This document shows, piece by piece, positions 1 to 12,680 of a DNA stretch of 64,000 nt. Origin of the DNA: the human T2T-CHM13v2.0 reference genome, Homo sapiens; assembly GCF_009914755.1 (NCBI RefSeq), contig NC_060926.1; one strand, given 5' to 3'. Numbering within the stretch: position 1 is the stretch's first letter; the number at the start of each line of letters is the position of its first letter. The translations under genes were made by a program, and so were the position numbers. The notes under the pieces are model-generated. The model saw only the letters and a program-made list of their open reading frames with translations, ran no database searches and was not told where the DNA came from.

Positions 1-28
1 ATGACAGGCATAAGCCACTGCGCCCAGC
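1..28 (-). mobile_element. Alu 5' end, cut by window edge
   Basis: ACAGGCATAAGCCACTGCGCCCAGC is the reverse complement of the Alu start. Confidence 0.75.
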
Positions 29-1007
29 AAAAGTTTTTAATTTTGATGAAGTCTAGGCCCACACTCTGAGAATCACGAGAATCACTGTTCTAAAGCCTCA
101 AAAACTCAAAAGAAATACCAAGCCCTTGAACTATGTGAAAGCTTAAGAGTTTTCCAGCTGCACAATACATAAATGTCTTTCATAGCATCTACTTTTCTGT
201 TTTGTTTTAGCAAAGCCTATCATAACTGGCATCCTAAACATATTAATTAGCCCTTTCCATGAAGAAAAGAAAACTTGCAACTGACTTTAATATATTATGG
301 AATAAATAAATTTATTTTCATTTATTTCAGCTTCAGATGGGCCTGAGCTATCACCTAGGAAGACTGGATGGAGTGTTCATACTAAAGAATATGGATTGCT
401 GCGCCAGTGTTTTCATAATCATTGGTCAGCCCTATGGCTTTTGACATCCTACTTATGAAAAATATAAGAAACATGTCTACTTTACAAATTAATAAGATAA
501 ATGGTGCACCATGGTAAAGATTATAGAGAACAAGCATATTATCTTAAAAATACATTTGATTTATCTTGGCATTTTTGTCTAATTTTATTAGTCATTTTCA
601 CTTTAGAGCCATTTAAAATAATTCACATACCAATTCATCCCTTTCTTAGTTGAAAATCTATTGTACTTCAAATTAAGAGGAACCAAAGACGGCAGCTAAA
701 GTTCAAATCTTGTCTAATACCATAATTAGCAACTGTGTGAAACATACTTCAACAAATGTAAAATATGTTTGATTCAGATCAAAGTAATATTAAGGTTATT
801 CATTTCCAAGGTGAAACCCAAAATAATGCATGGTTTTTCCTTAGTGATTACCCACTTCCAAAAAGCAAATCCAAAGAGGAGGAGGCTTATATGAATGCTA
901 TTTCTATAACCTAAGACATATATTCTGTGATTCTATGGAAAAACTGTTATAATAGGCAGAATCCAGTTAAAAGATAAAGAAAGTTTAAATTTGCAACAAG
1001 AATCCTT

Positions 1008-1044
1008 CTTTATATAACTCAAGTCAGTCTTGAGTTATATAAAG
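1008..1044. repeat. Perfect 16-bp inverted repeat with 5-nt spacer
   Basis: CTTTATATAACTCAAG-TCAGT-CTTGAGTTATATAAAG. Confidence 0.95.
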
Positions 1045-1194
1045 CCCTAAGCAAGAAGCTTTCTTTACTGAAGAACTACCAAGTTTTTACTATAAAATAT
1101 TTTCAAATATTTATGTTCCAATTCATGGATCTTATTGATAACATAAAAGCCATTAGTCCTCATTGCCTTCTAATTGCTCAAGATGGATTTTACA

Positions 1195-1236
1195 TATCTA
1201 CTAGTCTTCATAAATTATCTACTAGTCTTCACAAAT
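1195..1236. repeat. 21-bp tandem duplication
   Basis: TATCTACTAGTCTTCATAAAT / TATCTACTAGTCTTCACAAAT. Confidence 0.95.
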
Positions 1237-4200
1237 TACCCTATAAGTTACAAGCCTGTTGGCCAATCCTTCATTCTCCCTTTTCCACGTGCCACTTAAA
1301 GCCACTTGAGAAAAAGCTTTCCAAAGTGATGCCAGAGGATGTAGCTTCATATCTGACCCACAAACTTTCAACACAGTCTGGTTCCCAAAAAAATGACTTT
1401 TAGGGCATTTTTTCATCCAAATTCTTTATGTTTTTTGCAATTCAAAAAGATTAGAGTCATTGGAGCTTCTTTCCCAAATTACACCAAATTAGACTATCAT
1501 CATCTCTGTGATGTAATCAGACCAGAGATTCAAGATAAAGATCAACATACGAGAAACAGAGGAAATAGTTTACTCAAAGCATACAGCCAATTATAATTTA
1601 ACCATAATATTAAAAGGTAATAATATGCAAAATAATAATAGTTTTTTAAGCCTTCCTTTTTCACCAATTTCCTTCCTTAAACAGGTAGCTATCAATTACT
1701 AGAAGGCAAAAACTTCTAACTTATCAAGTAAACACTTTTTCTGTCCTTTATTACTAATCAGTCCTCTAGACTTAGGACATTTAGATGGCTCGAGGGGGAA
1801 AAGGGAAGAGGAAGCGGCAAGGACCTTAAACAGGAGGTCTTACGCCTGGCCCTTTTAGATTTGATGGTCACCAGTGTGTACATATGTATGACATATGATC
1901 GTAACAGAAGCCCATCCTCAAAAATCTGCAATTTCCTCGTGAAGTCTTTAATAAAAACGAGGAGTAAGGATGGGAACACACCGCCAACCCTCATTATTAT
2001 CTAGTGAAGTCCAGAAAATAATCACTAAAACCTTTACTTCTACAAAGATCAAATTAGTATCACACCAAATAGGTGCAAAGGAGAATAAGGACACATAAAC
2101 ACAACCGAGTCTTCTACACAAAACCTGTGGTGCACTCTCAAAAATAAATGAACTGTACCACTTCAGCAACTCATCCATCTATGAACAAATGCCCTCAGCC
2201 TCTTCCTGAGAAAGGAAAAAATCAGTTATATCTGTCTTCATCTTGTCTGAAAATCTTGACATTTTTCAGCAAGTAAAGGTTCCAAATGGCAGGTGTCAGA
2301 ATGTCTTAGCCTCACATGTGGAGCAAGAAGGCAGAAAAAGCAGCAGCAGCATGTGGTCATGTCAGAGCCACAAAGAAGCTGCCTAGAGAGCACATTCTGA
2401 AAAGAGCAAACCTCAGGCTCAGTTAAATCAATCTAGTGCCAGATGCCACTATCAGAACAAAGCTGTGGTGCCAAGGATTAGCTGCCCAGAGAAACATCCA
2501 ACTCAAGGCTCTCACATAAGGGAAAATAGCTGAGCACAATGGCACCTGTCCGTATCCTGTGTGTATAATTTGGTCAAACTGGCTCCTTCTATGCAGAGAA
2601 GAAAATGGCCACCAAATTCTTTGTTAAGTCTACAAATGAGTATAATTTTCTCAAGATCCTTTTCAGTTATTCTAAAGTAAATAAGATGAATCTCCTGCAT
2701 TTGCACAATACTTAAGAGCTTCCTGAAAGTGTTTTAGGATCTATTAACTCAAACCCATTTTAATATTTACAGCTTTATCAGGAAGTTAGGATCATAAGTA
2801 AGCTCCCCATATTTGGAGGAAGAGAGACCCAAAGAGTTAAATAATCAGACCAAAATAATCTAAAACCATGACTTAGGAAAAACCTGATCTCTGGACTGTT
2901 AGGTCAGACTTCTTTCTATTTAGATATCCTCTGCCTAATCCCTCCTCCCAGTCATCTTTTCACTGGTTTTCCCAATAATAAGAAAGCTTTGGAGGCTTTT
3001 AAAAGTTGTTTGTGAATGTCAGTCAATTATCATTTTTGTCTCCAGAGGTTAACACAATTGGCATGATAGTATACTTTGTTGCTCCTCAGACCTGAGTCTA
3101 AGAAAGAGTAATAATGTTTAAGGAATATTCAAAGCAGGAGATGCTGAAGAAGCATACAAATCAGTGATTTGTTTAGGGAGGAGTATTTACTGTCAAGCCA
3201 TCTGGTTAGATACATCAGAAATCAAACAAACTAGGGTTCACTCAGATGAGCAGTATATGATTAATAATACAATCCATCCATGGAAAAAGCAAATTTGTTC
3301 TCATTTAGGTTTTTATTCTCTATTGGAATACACAAAGGGATCACTGGGACAAAGATTCATACTTCAAAACCACCTCAGTTCCTCTCTTATGGCACAAGAT
3401 AAAGCACAAGCAGGAGCCAGGACTTTACTTGTATTTAACTTAGTAATACTTTAACATAAAACAGTGCCAACAGAAAGGCCTTTGGAAGTATCTAGAACAG
3501 GTATGATCTTCTAATTCTCTCACAGAGAAGCTGGAGTTTCCTCCAGCTTTTTTACTCCCTAATGACATTTTTTATTCCCCACTGACATTTATTTGCCATA
3601 CACTTGTGCCTATTTCACACTAAATCAGCCCAGGGGAGCCTATATTATCTTGCCTTGTCATCAGCTAGCAAGTACTATTCTTAAACTCTATGCTCAAGTA
3701 ATTTCTCATCTTTGTATTTTCAGATCTTCTTCTAAGACCAATTAAAATATACAGCATGAAAAGGATAAAAACACCAATTAATACAGACCCATAGTCATTT
3801 GAAGACCAAGAGTACTCTCACACGTATGTTCTACAGTTTAAAAATCAAATGTAAATTAAATAGTGCATATTAAATAGTGTTTTCTAAATTAATTTCTTAT
3901 TCACCATTTAGTCTGCAGGTTTCCAGTTCTTTAAAACAAGTCATTTTGATATGATTTCCATGTCTGCTGTCTTTTTTCCCACACACTTGGCTGACTTAAT
4001 TGATTCCAGACTTCCTAGCATCTCATGTATCTGTGTTATAGACTGAAATAGAGGGTTTTGTTTTTCATTAATATGGATAAAAACCAATTTGTGCTCATGT
4101 TTGGCGTATAGTAAAGAATGAGTGTTGGTAAAAACGAGGTCTGATGCTGTTGTCAAGAAATGTTTATTGCTTAAGATCATGAAAATGGTAAACAGACACA

Positions 4201-4485
4201 TGAAATGGAAAAGCTCTGCATTATCAGACTTGGTATGCATCTCAACTGAAATACAAGCAGGACTAACCAGACACACATCTCATAATTTCCAGTGTCACTG
4301 TACAATCATATTAACAGTGGTCAGTTTTTTTCAATCCACAGAAAAGCAAGCAGACAAACCAAGGCACTTAAATGTCACTTGGCTAATGACACTCATTTCA
4401 ACCTCTTTGATTAAGCCAAATCACAAAAGACTATGCTTATCAAAATCACAGAACATTCTCTGAAACTTAAAAATAATCCATATTA

Positions 4486-4810
4486 GGCTGGGCGCGGCGG
4501 CTCACGTCTGTAATCCTTGTACTTTGGGAGGCTGAGGCGGGTGTGGATCACCTGAGGTCCGGAGTTCAAGACCAGCCTGGCCAACATGATGAAACCCCAT
4601 TTCTACTAAAAATACAAAAAATTAGCCCGGCATGGTGGCGGGCACCTATAATCCCAGCTACTCAAGAGGCTGAGGCAGGAGAATTGCTTGAACCCAAGAG
4701 GTGGAGGTACAGTGAGCTGAGATCGTGCCACTGTACTCGAACCTGGGCAACAAGAACAAAACTCCGTCTCAAAAAAAACAAAAAACAAAAACAAACAAAA
4801 TAATAATAAT
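4486..4810 (+). mobile_element. AluS full length
   Basis: Dimeric Alu, A-rich tail, TSD AATAATCCATATT. Confidence 0.95.
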
Positions 4811-6364
4811 AATAATCCATATTCAGTCAATTCTCCCTTAAAGCCATGAAAATCGTCTAAAATCTCTTTTGATATCCCTGGCAATTTTCAAACTTAATTG
4901 TTGGGCCTAATTTTTGGCAAATACATTTTATCTTAACAATTCTCAATGCTCAGATGAATTCATAAGTGGCAGAAAAAAAGAACCAAAATAAATAAATAAA
5001 TAAATGAACATAACCTGGTCTAATCTTACCTAAAAGGAATGACATTTCTCCCATCCCTTCTTACTGTCCCCTGACACAAGTTCTTAAAGCCTGACCGATA
5101 GATATTTACATAATTTTTAAAACACAATATGCTAAACAAATTTAGAAGGCTGTTCAGCTATTCAGTCACACTATAATTTAAATGTATATATTCTTGAAAA
5201 TTGTTTTTAAATATAAAAAATAACACAAATTAGAAGAAAGCTAAAGCTGTGTTCTTGAAATTCCCAAAGGTAAAAGAGGAAAAGAAAAGTTACAGCTGTC
5301 ACTTAATACATACTGAACACCATGTGTAAAGAAAACTGGCAATATAATCTCATACTGAAGAATTTAAACTACAGACTTCCTGATTTTCCGGTGCTGGAAA
5401 TTACCTCTAACAGAAACTATACACAATGGCTGAAGAAACTTTTAAAATTATTTTATTTCCCCTAAGTTTATTTTAAGCATAAAGCCTCCATTCCAAAATA
5501 AATTTTAAAGGACTTGATGTTGTCCTAAAAATATAGTCTTTTATATGACAGGACTCCAGTGAATTTTTCCTGTTAAGTTTTCCAACTCAAAATTAGGACA
5601 ACTACATGTGAAATTAGTATCTCTAATATTATTGTAGTATATCACACACATGGAGTCATATTCCAGCATTATTTTCAGTTAAAAGTTAAAAAAACAAAAA
5701 CAAAAGTATGTTAGAATACAAACTCAATGTGTGATATGCTATGTTGACTTAACTTTGACTTTTTTATTCTTAGAACTTTTTTTCTTAGAGGAAAATAGAA
5801 TAGTGATATTTCTTCTTTATGAGCAATTTTACCCAGTGAATTGCTAAAGATAATAAATGATTTTTACTAAAATAAATGTAAAAATGATTAAAGTCATAAG
5901 TCTTCATGAAACGAATTATTTACAGTCACAGGCATTCTTAGACAATTTTCCCTATGTTTAAATGAGAGAAGAAAAAAGGAAGAGAAAGAAAAAAAGCAGA
6001 CAGAAAAATGTTTGCAGGGCACGGTGAGTTGGGAGGTGGGGGCAGGGAGGTGCAGAGAAAGAGAATACATGCTAGTACACAAATTGACATGACCACCAAA
6101 TCCATTAAAATTTTTTCTTTCACTAAAGTACTTACGATACAAACTAATAATGGCTTGTTCTGAAGCAACATAACTAATTGATATCAAGCAACCTACTTCT
6201 CCAAATCATCTACCTACCCTAATCTCCGAGGGATATATTGTTAATAAAATCAATGCATTTTCCTCATCTAGAATAAGTCACTATTATGAGCAAATTTGAG
6301 AGTATCAGTTTCTAACCTTACCTAGTAAAAAACAAAATTTTACGTATTAGAAACACACACACAA

Positions 6365-6710
<346 letters not shown>

Positions 6711-6779
6711 CTAAAGGTCATATTTTCCCTTTCTTCCAATCTACTCCCCAGGCTTAGAAACCAGGTTTGTCTCCAGATA

Positions 6780-7129
<350 letters not shown>

Positions 7130-10108
7130 TAAATATCCCCCCAAATACTTGGAGAAACACAGATTTCTAAGATAATTTTTCAGAAACAAATTAGCACGCA
7201 TGTTTATGTGTGTATATACTCTACTTGTTTAAAGCTTTAACTTCATTATTTAAAAATGTAAGTTTTCTGTTATATAGAGATATACACACAAACACACAAA
7301 GAACCTGTAACTAAAATTAGTCTTATTCTACCATTTTCAAGTGTGGGAAGGGATATTTTTAAAACAAAGAGTACTTTTTGAGTTAGAAAGATGTAGACTA
7401 TAATACAATTAAAGGATAAAGGAGCATACAATTCACACATTTTACACCTAAATTTATTGTCCTTCTGGAAAGCTATGTTTTTCTCACAAAGATTAGAATT
7501 TACTGCATTACCCTCTAAAATACAGAAAAATCTTTCCACTGTGTTAGACTATTTTAGGTGAGGCTCCTATGAAAAAAACAGCCAAGCAGCTTGAACTATC
7601 ACATTAAATGGATCACAGGGTTTATAAAGTGCTGTTTCAAAGGCATTCCCCACACTAAGTATCACAAACAGCAAGAGAAGACTCCACTTCAGGCCCAAGA
7701 CTAAAATCGTTTCCCTGAATTGTTTCTTGTCAAATTAAAATGTCAAAAATTATTCTATCAAATTCTGTCCCTAAGGATTCTAGCTCAATCCAAAGAGTAG
7801 CTACCAATTAGTAAAGTCGGGCCTTTTAACAGTACAAGAAATTTTTTTTCTATTGATATGTAAAATTAGCAGGTTCCAAAAAGAAAAGTTTCATCTCAGC
7901 AGTTAGGTTAAGTGCTACTGATAGCTATAATCACATGCAGGCTGCAACTCCTTTTTGAAAGGCTTTTCAAATGAACAAATACAAAGAAAAAAAGAGAAGC
8001 ACAAGTGTTTTCATAGTGAATGACTGCCTAGGATTATAGTTATAAAAAGCCAAGGTTAGAGATCCAGATATCCATGAGTATTGCGAACCAACAAACCAAA
8101 GTCAAACGAAATCCTTGCTCCCTCTTTTGACAAGGTCAGTGCACCCATCCCTTAGCACAATAACCGACTGAATTGCAGGCTGTACAAGGTGCTCCAGGAA
8201 AATAAAATCTACCACCAATCATTTAACGTTTTTCTATTGCTTTGGATGAGCAAATAAAATCCTCTAAGAAAAACATTTCCTGTTCACTTTGTTGTTTCGC
8301 CAAAGCTGCATATCTTCGGAAACTGACTTGTTAGCAGTATCCGTTCATTAGCAGCATAAATATGCAGATGTAATAAGATGTTCTTGGCAGCAAATCATAC
8401 TGTATCTTTTTCACTTGCCACTCCAGATGAATTTTTATAGTACATTTATAATTTATCCACAGAAGTAAGAGTCATGTTCATCTACCAGAAAGAGCTATGA
8501 GTGTTCATGAACTTCCCCCAAAAAGTTCTAAAACTTTATGTCAAGGAATAGAAATACAAATAACAGGAAAAACATGCTCACATATAAGACCGTTTACATG
8601 AGGCAGGTACTTAAGTTGCCTAAGTTTACGGTTTGGCAAAAATCATCAAATGACCTGTGGCTACTAGAGTGATCAAAGTTTCAATTTTAACTGTGGCGAG
8701 AAACAATGTTATCGGCAAAAATTCAATGGTATATATTCCCATGCATATATTCCTTCTGCACTTTTCATAAGAAGCCTCTTAGACTTGAATTATCAAATAC
8801 TTCCCAGTGCTGACGCTTTTTAAAGTCTCCATTCCCAGATACCAAGCTTTTTGGCATTGTGGCTAAGCAGTGACAAACAGATCATTTCCTATTGATTCTA
8901 CTTACCTCATCAAGACTGCTAGAATCCAGTTATGTAAAGAATTATTTTCAACAGCCAACTTCAATTACAAATGTATGACATGATCACAGACTTCCAATGC
9001 TAATCTCCTTTCTAGTTGAAATACCCACACAAGAGCCCTTTGAGACACACAGCATGGCTACGTGATTTGCTTTGCTTTATCCTGCAAAGAGGCTGAAATA
9101 CACTGGAATCTTCTCTTCTCCATAGTTAATGCAATACACATCTTTTATGCAAAGTGGTATGCAGACCAACATGCTTTTGTCAAGATATGAGTCTTGCCAA
9201 AGGGATTTTCTTGGTTAAAACACTATTTCTCTAACTTGAGCTTCTAAACCTGAAGGCTGCTTAAAGAAAAGGAAAGAAAATCTTCATGTAATTGACTATC
9301 ATTTCTCCAAGTGTTTTACCTATAGACCATACTTCCTTAGTTTACATACATTTGCATGACTTGAATACTACATCTGTAACTTCAGAGTCCTATTGGAACC
9401 ACAATTCTGGACTTAGAAACTTTCAGCCTAGTTTACTGAGAATACGCATCACTTACCCAATGAAAAGAAAAACTGAATCTATGAAGGATAATGCTATCAA
9501 CATACTAAATTGTACTTATCTGTTGAAGAGATACTTTTAAATTCCAAAAAATAACAATTTTCTGGCACACTAAATTCAGGCATTTACACCAAGGGCAAAT
9601 ATCGAACTCTACTATTTCCATGTGACAACCAACTAGGGCTTTGAACAGAAAGACAATCATTGTGCTTTACGTGTAGGAGGATTCATGAAAATCTTAAACT
9701 GAATTTTTATAAGTCAAAATCCATTTTAAATGCAACAAAGAGCTCACCAGCTAAAGGAACTACAAAGTTAAATTTTTACATTGCCAAAGATTCACTGGTA
9801 AAGTGCTGATTATCCCTTATTTTATGAACTTTTAACTTATGATTGTATGTTTGGAATTTGTGTAAGTGAATATTTTTCTTTATGCCTGTATTATTCCTAG
9901 GCTAGTCATGGAAATATGGACCTCCAAATTCTGTTAGAGAAAAAAAAGGTCTGTCCCCTTTAACCTACTAAGGGAAGTAGAAAGAGACACAAACCTCATG
10001 CTGAGAAGGACCAAGCAAGCACACAATAAACACACAAATTACCCCCAGAACACATGCCCCTCTGACAACAGAAAGCAAAATCAAAAAGCAAGAAATCAAG
10101 CTCTACTT

Positions 10109-10145
10109 TGCTGTCAAATGCTCTACCCCTGAGCTATATACCCCC
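10109..10145 (-). pseudogene. Retroposed 5' half of tRNA-Cys(GCA), tailless
   Basis: Minus strand GGGGGTA(TA)TAGCTCAGGGGTAGAGCATTTGACAGCA vs tRNA-Cys GGGGGTATAGCTCAGGGGTAGAGCATTTGACTGCA; flanked by 15-bp direct repeats at 10096-10110 and 10152-10166. Confidence 0.88.
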
Positions 10146-10989
10146 ATGGCCTCAAACTCTACTTTGAAACTCTTTCCTTCCTGGCCCTAACAATATTCTT
10201 CTATAATTTTTATCCCATGGCTCCAGCAAGAACATATCCATAGGATAGCATGCCAGAGAGCTGGACAGATCTTTCCCCACATTCTTCATCATACGAAACT
10301 GTGTTAGCCCAAACGTAATCCCTAACTATTTCTTGCCATCTGCTGAGATTTCAGGCTCAAAAAAGATGTCCAGTTATAATGAGAATATATGGTATGTAGT
10401 CTAGTAGTCTAGTTATGTAACAAGGGCTAGATTACAAGCTGAAAGTTCCTCTTCTCCAGAATGCCCCTTAAGGAAAAAAAAAAAAAACAACTGACCAGTT
10501 AATAAAATACTTCGTTTCAGCCTAGCACTGAGACAAATTCTCTTCATGCTGAATTCTAAAGTGCATAAAAGTTGAAGAAGATGAAAAATTCAAAAGGTGT
10601 TATATTTCACAACCTTAATAAAAACTATTTGGCAGAGTTTAGGACCTATAAAGAACAAACTCTGGCTGGCTTGATCATTGAGCCCTCAGGTCCCTTCAAG
10701 AAAATGAGGAGTTAGAGCAGATCTTTGAGGGTATTCTGACTCAAATACCGTATCATGTATAATTTACGAAAATTCTTTAATGCTGAAAAAAAGATGAAAA
10801 TTCATTAATCTGAATGTAAATTCGGTCTTGTTCAAAACAGTTTTTTTTTGTTTGTTTGTTTTTGCTATTGTCTCCTCAACCAAAGATAAAAGGTAAAAAT
10901 TAAAGGATGCTAAAGACAAGTTTATTCTCTCAATTCAAACTTTCTGGTAATAGCTACCATATTAAAACAATGGAGAGGTGGAAAGGCTG

Positions 10990-11170
10990 CATGGTGTGCT
11001 AGGACTTTGAGATTTAGAATCAGATGATTTGGACTTAAGTCCAAACTCTTTCATCATATTAGTTTATCAGTTTTCAGTTCAGTTTCCTCACCTATCAACT
11101 GTGAACAACACTTACAACCACGGGGTTAAAGTAAGAAATAAATAAGAATAGGTATAAAAATACTTGATAA
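10990..11170 (+). mobile_element. MIR
   Basis: TCAGTTTCCTCACCTATCAA core-like motif; boundaries approximate. Confidence 0.55.
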
Positions 11171-12249
11171 ATAGCAGTAAAGCCATGGGATATGATTACG
11201 AAAAGTCTGAATTAAAGAATTTACTAAAATCTACTTTTATTCATCTCTAAGAAAAAGTACATTTGAAATTCTTACAATTAAGTGTATTATTTCCTATAAC
11301 CTGATTTTTCACAAATTTCCAGTTCATGAAATCACATTCAACAAAGTGGTGAAATAGTAACAAAGCAAATAAGTAGGGGCCATTTGTTGTGAAGAAGTAA
11401 CATCCAGGATAACCACCAGTTCTAAATAATGCAAATATAGTTTCACAAGTGTATGAGTATGAACCTCAAAAAAAATATGAAAAATAAAATTTGTGACAAC
11501 TTATCTATGAAAAGGGAAAAAAACGACTGCTTTACCACTGCGTTTAACTCCTAAAGTGCTACTGAGTGCATTCCAACACAAGTCATTTAGCTAACATTTA
11601 AACTAAAATTTGGCAGAAAAATAATTTTCTTATATGCCTACATAATACATGGCTAGAATGAAAACAAACGTGTCACACTTCTGGATCCTTCTCAGCCAGA
11701 ATCATATGGGATGGCGGCGGGGAGGGTACTGAAACTGTCTGAGTTCTTCTGGCTCTATCATTACAGAACTCAATGAATAGGCTCAGTCAGGATTTCCAGA
11801 GGAAACACCTATTTTCATCCCAGTCTCTCTGGAATAAATACTTTTGAAAGTGTTCCAATTTGCACTTAAACCACTTTTAAAATTACTAACAACTTCCTTA
11901 TACCTTACAAATTTAATGGCACTAACAATTTTCAAAGCATTTTCAAACAAAAACTCCAAGTCTATCTTAGACTATGAACAGCTATAACAGACCATATTCT
12001 TGATCAAATATTCTTATTCAGTCTTTTAATCACTGGATGTCACTTTTTAATTTTAAAAGGAATTTCTGTATTTCATAAGAAAACATAACACTGAGCAATA
12101 TGACTAAGACACTTGGAAATTAATACTGTTTCAAGCTCAAGAACAGCAAATTCCATGAGAACATGGGAACAAGAGAGAGTAGAAGAAATTATATCCTATA
12201 TACATGTGGAACCATTTCAGAATTAAAGGAGATTTATTATTAGCTACTG

Positions 12250-12680
12250 AGTGTTAACATTTGCAGTTTCTATGGTCAGACACTGTTATCCTACATGTGT
12301 ATTAATTTCTTTAACTATCACAGCAAACCTATTATTATCCCATATAGTAGCTGAAGAAACGAAGGTAGAGAGGTTGGGTAATTTGTTAAAGGTTATACAA
12401 CTAGTAGGTGGCAGAGCTGGGATCTAAGCACAGACAGTCTTACTCAAGAACCCATATTCTTAACCCATATTGTGAGCTATATACTATATTCAGTACAGCG
12501 TAGATATCTTATTTAATTCACATATTCCTGAGATGTGGGTATTTTAGAAAACTGAAGCTCAGAAAGATTCAAAAACTTGCCCAAAGTCAGCCAGCTAGCA
12601 AGAAGCAGAGCTGAGGTTCAAATCCAAGACTGTATAACTCTGGAGTCTACGCTCCTTGACTTGGCACTATATTACCTCCT
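12250..12680 (-). mobile_element. Two adjacent MIR fragments
   Basis: GAAACTGAAGCTCAGAAAG..ACTTGCCCAAAGTCA..CAGCTAG core; boundaries approximate. Confidence 0.65.

Noticed and set aside
1757-2180. Slightly CpG-richer segment with minus-strand ORFs and a terminal CTGA (possible snoRNA or pseudogene)
   Set aside because: No matching C box or terminal stem and no recognisable protein similarity
10109-10145. Functional tRNA-Cys gene
   Set aside because: 3' half with B box and T arm is missing; cannot fold or be transcribed as a tRNA
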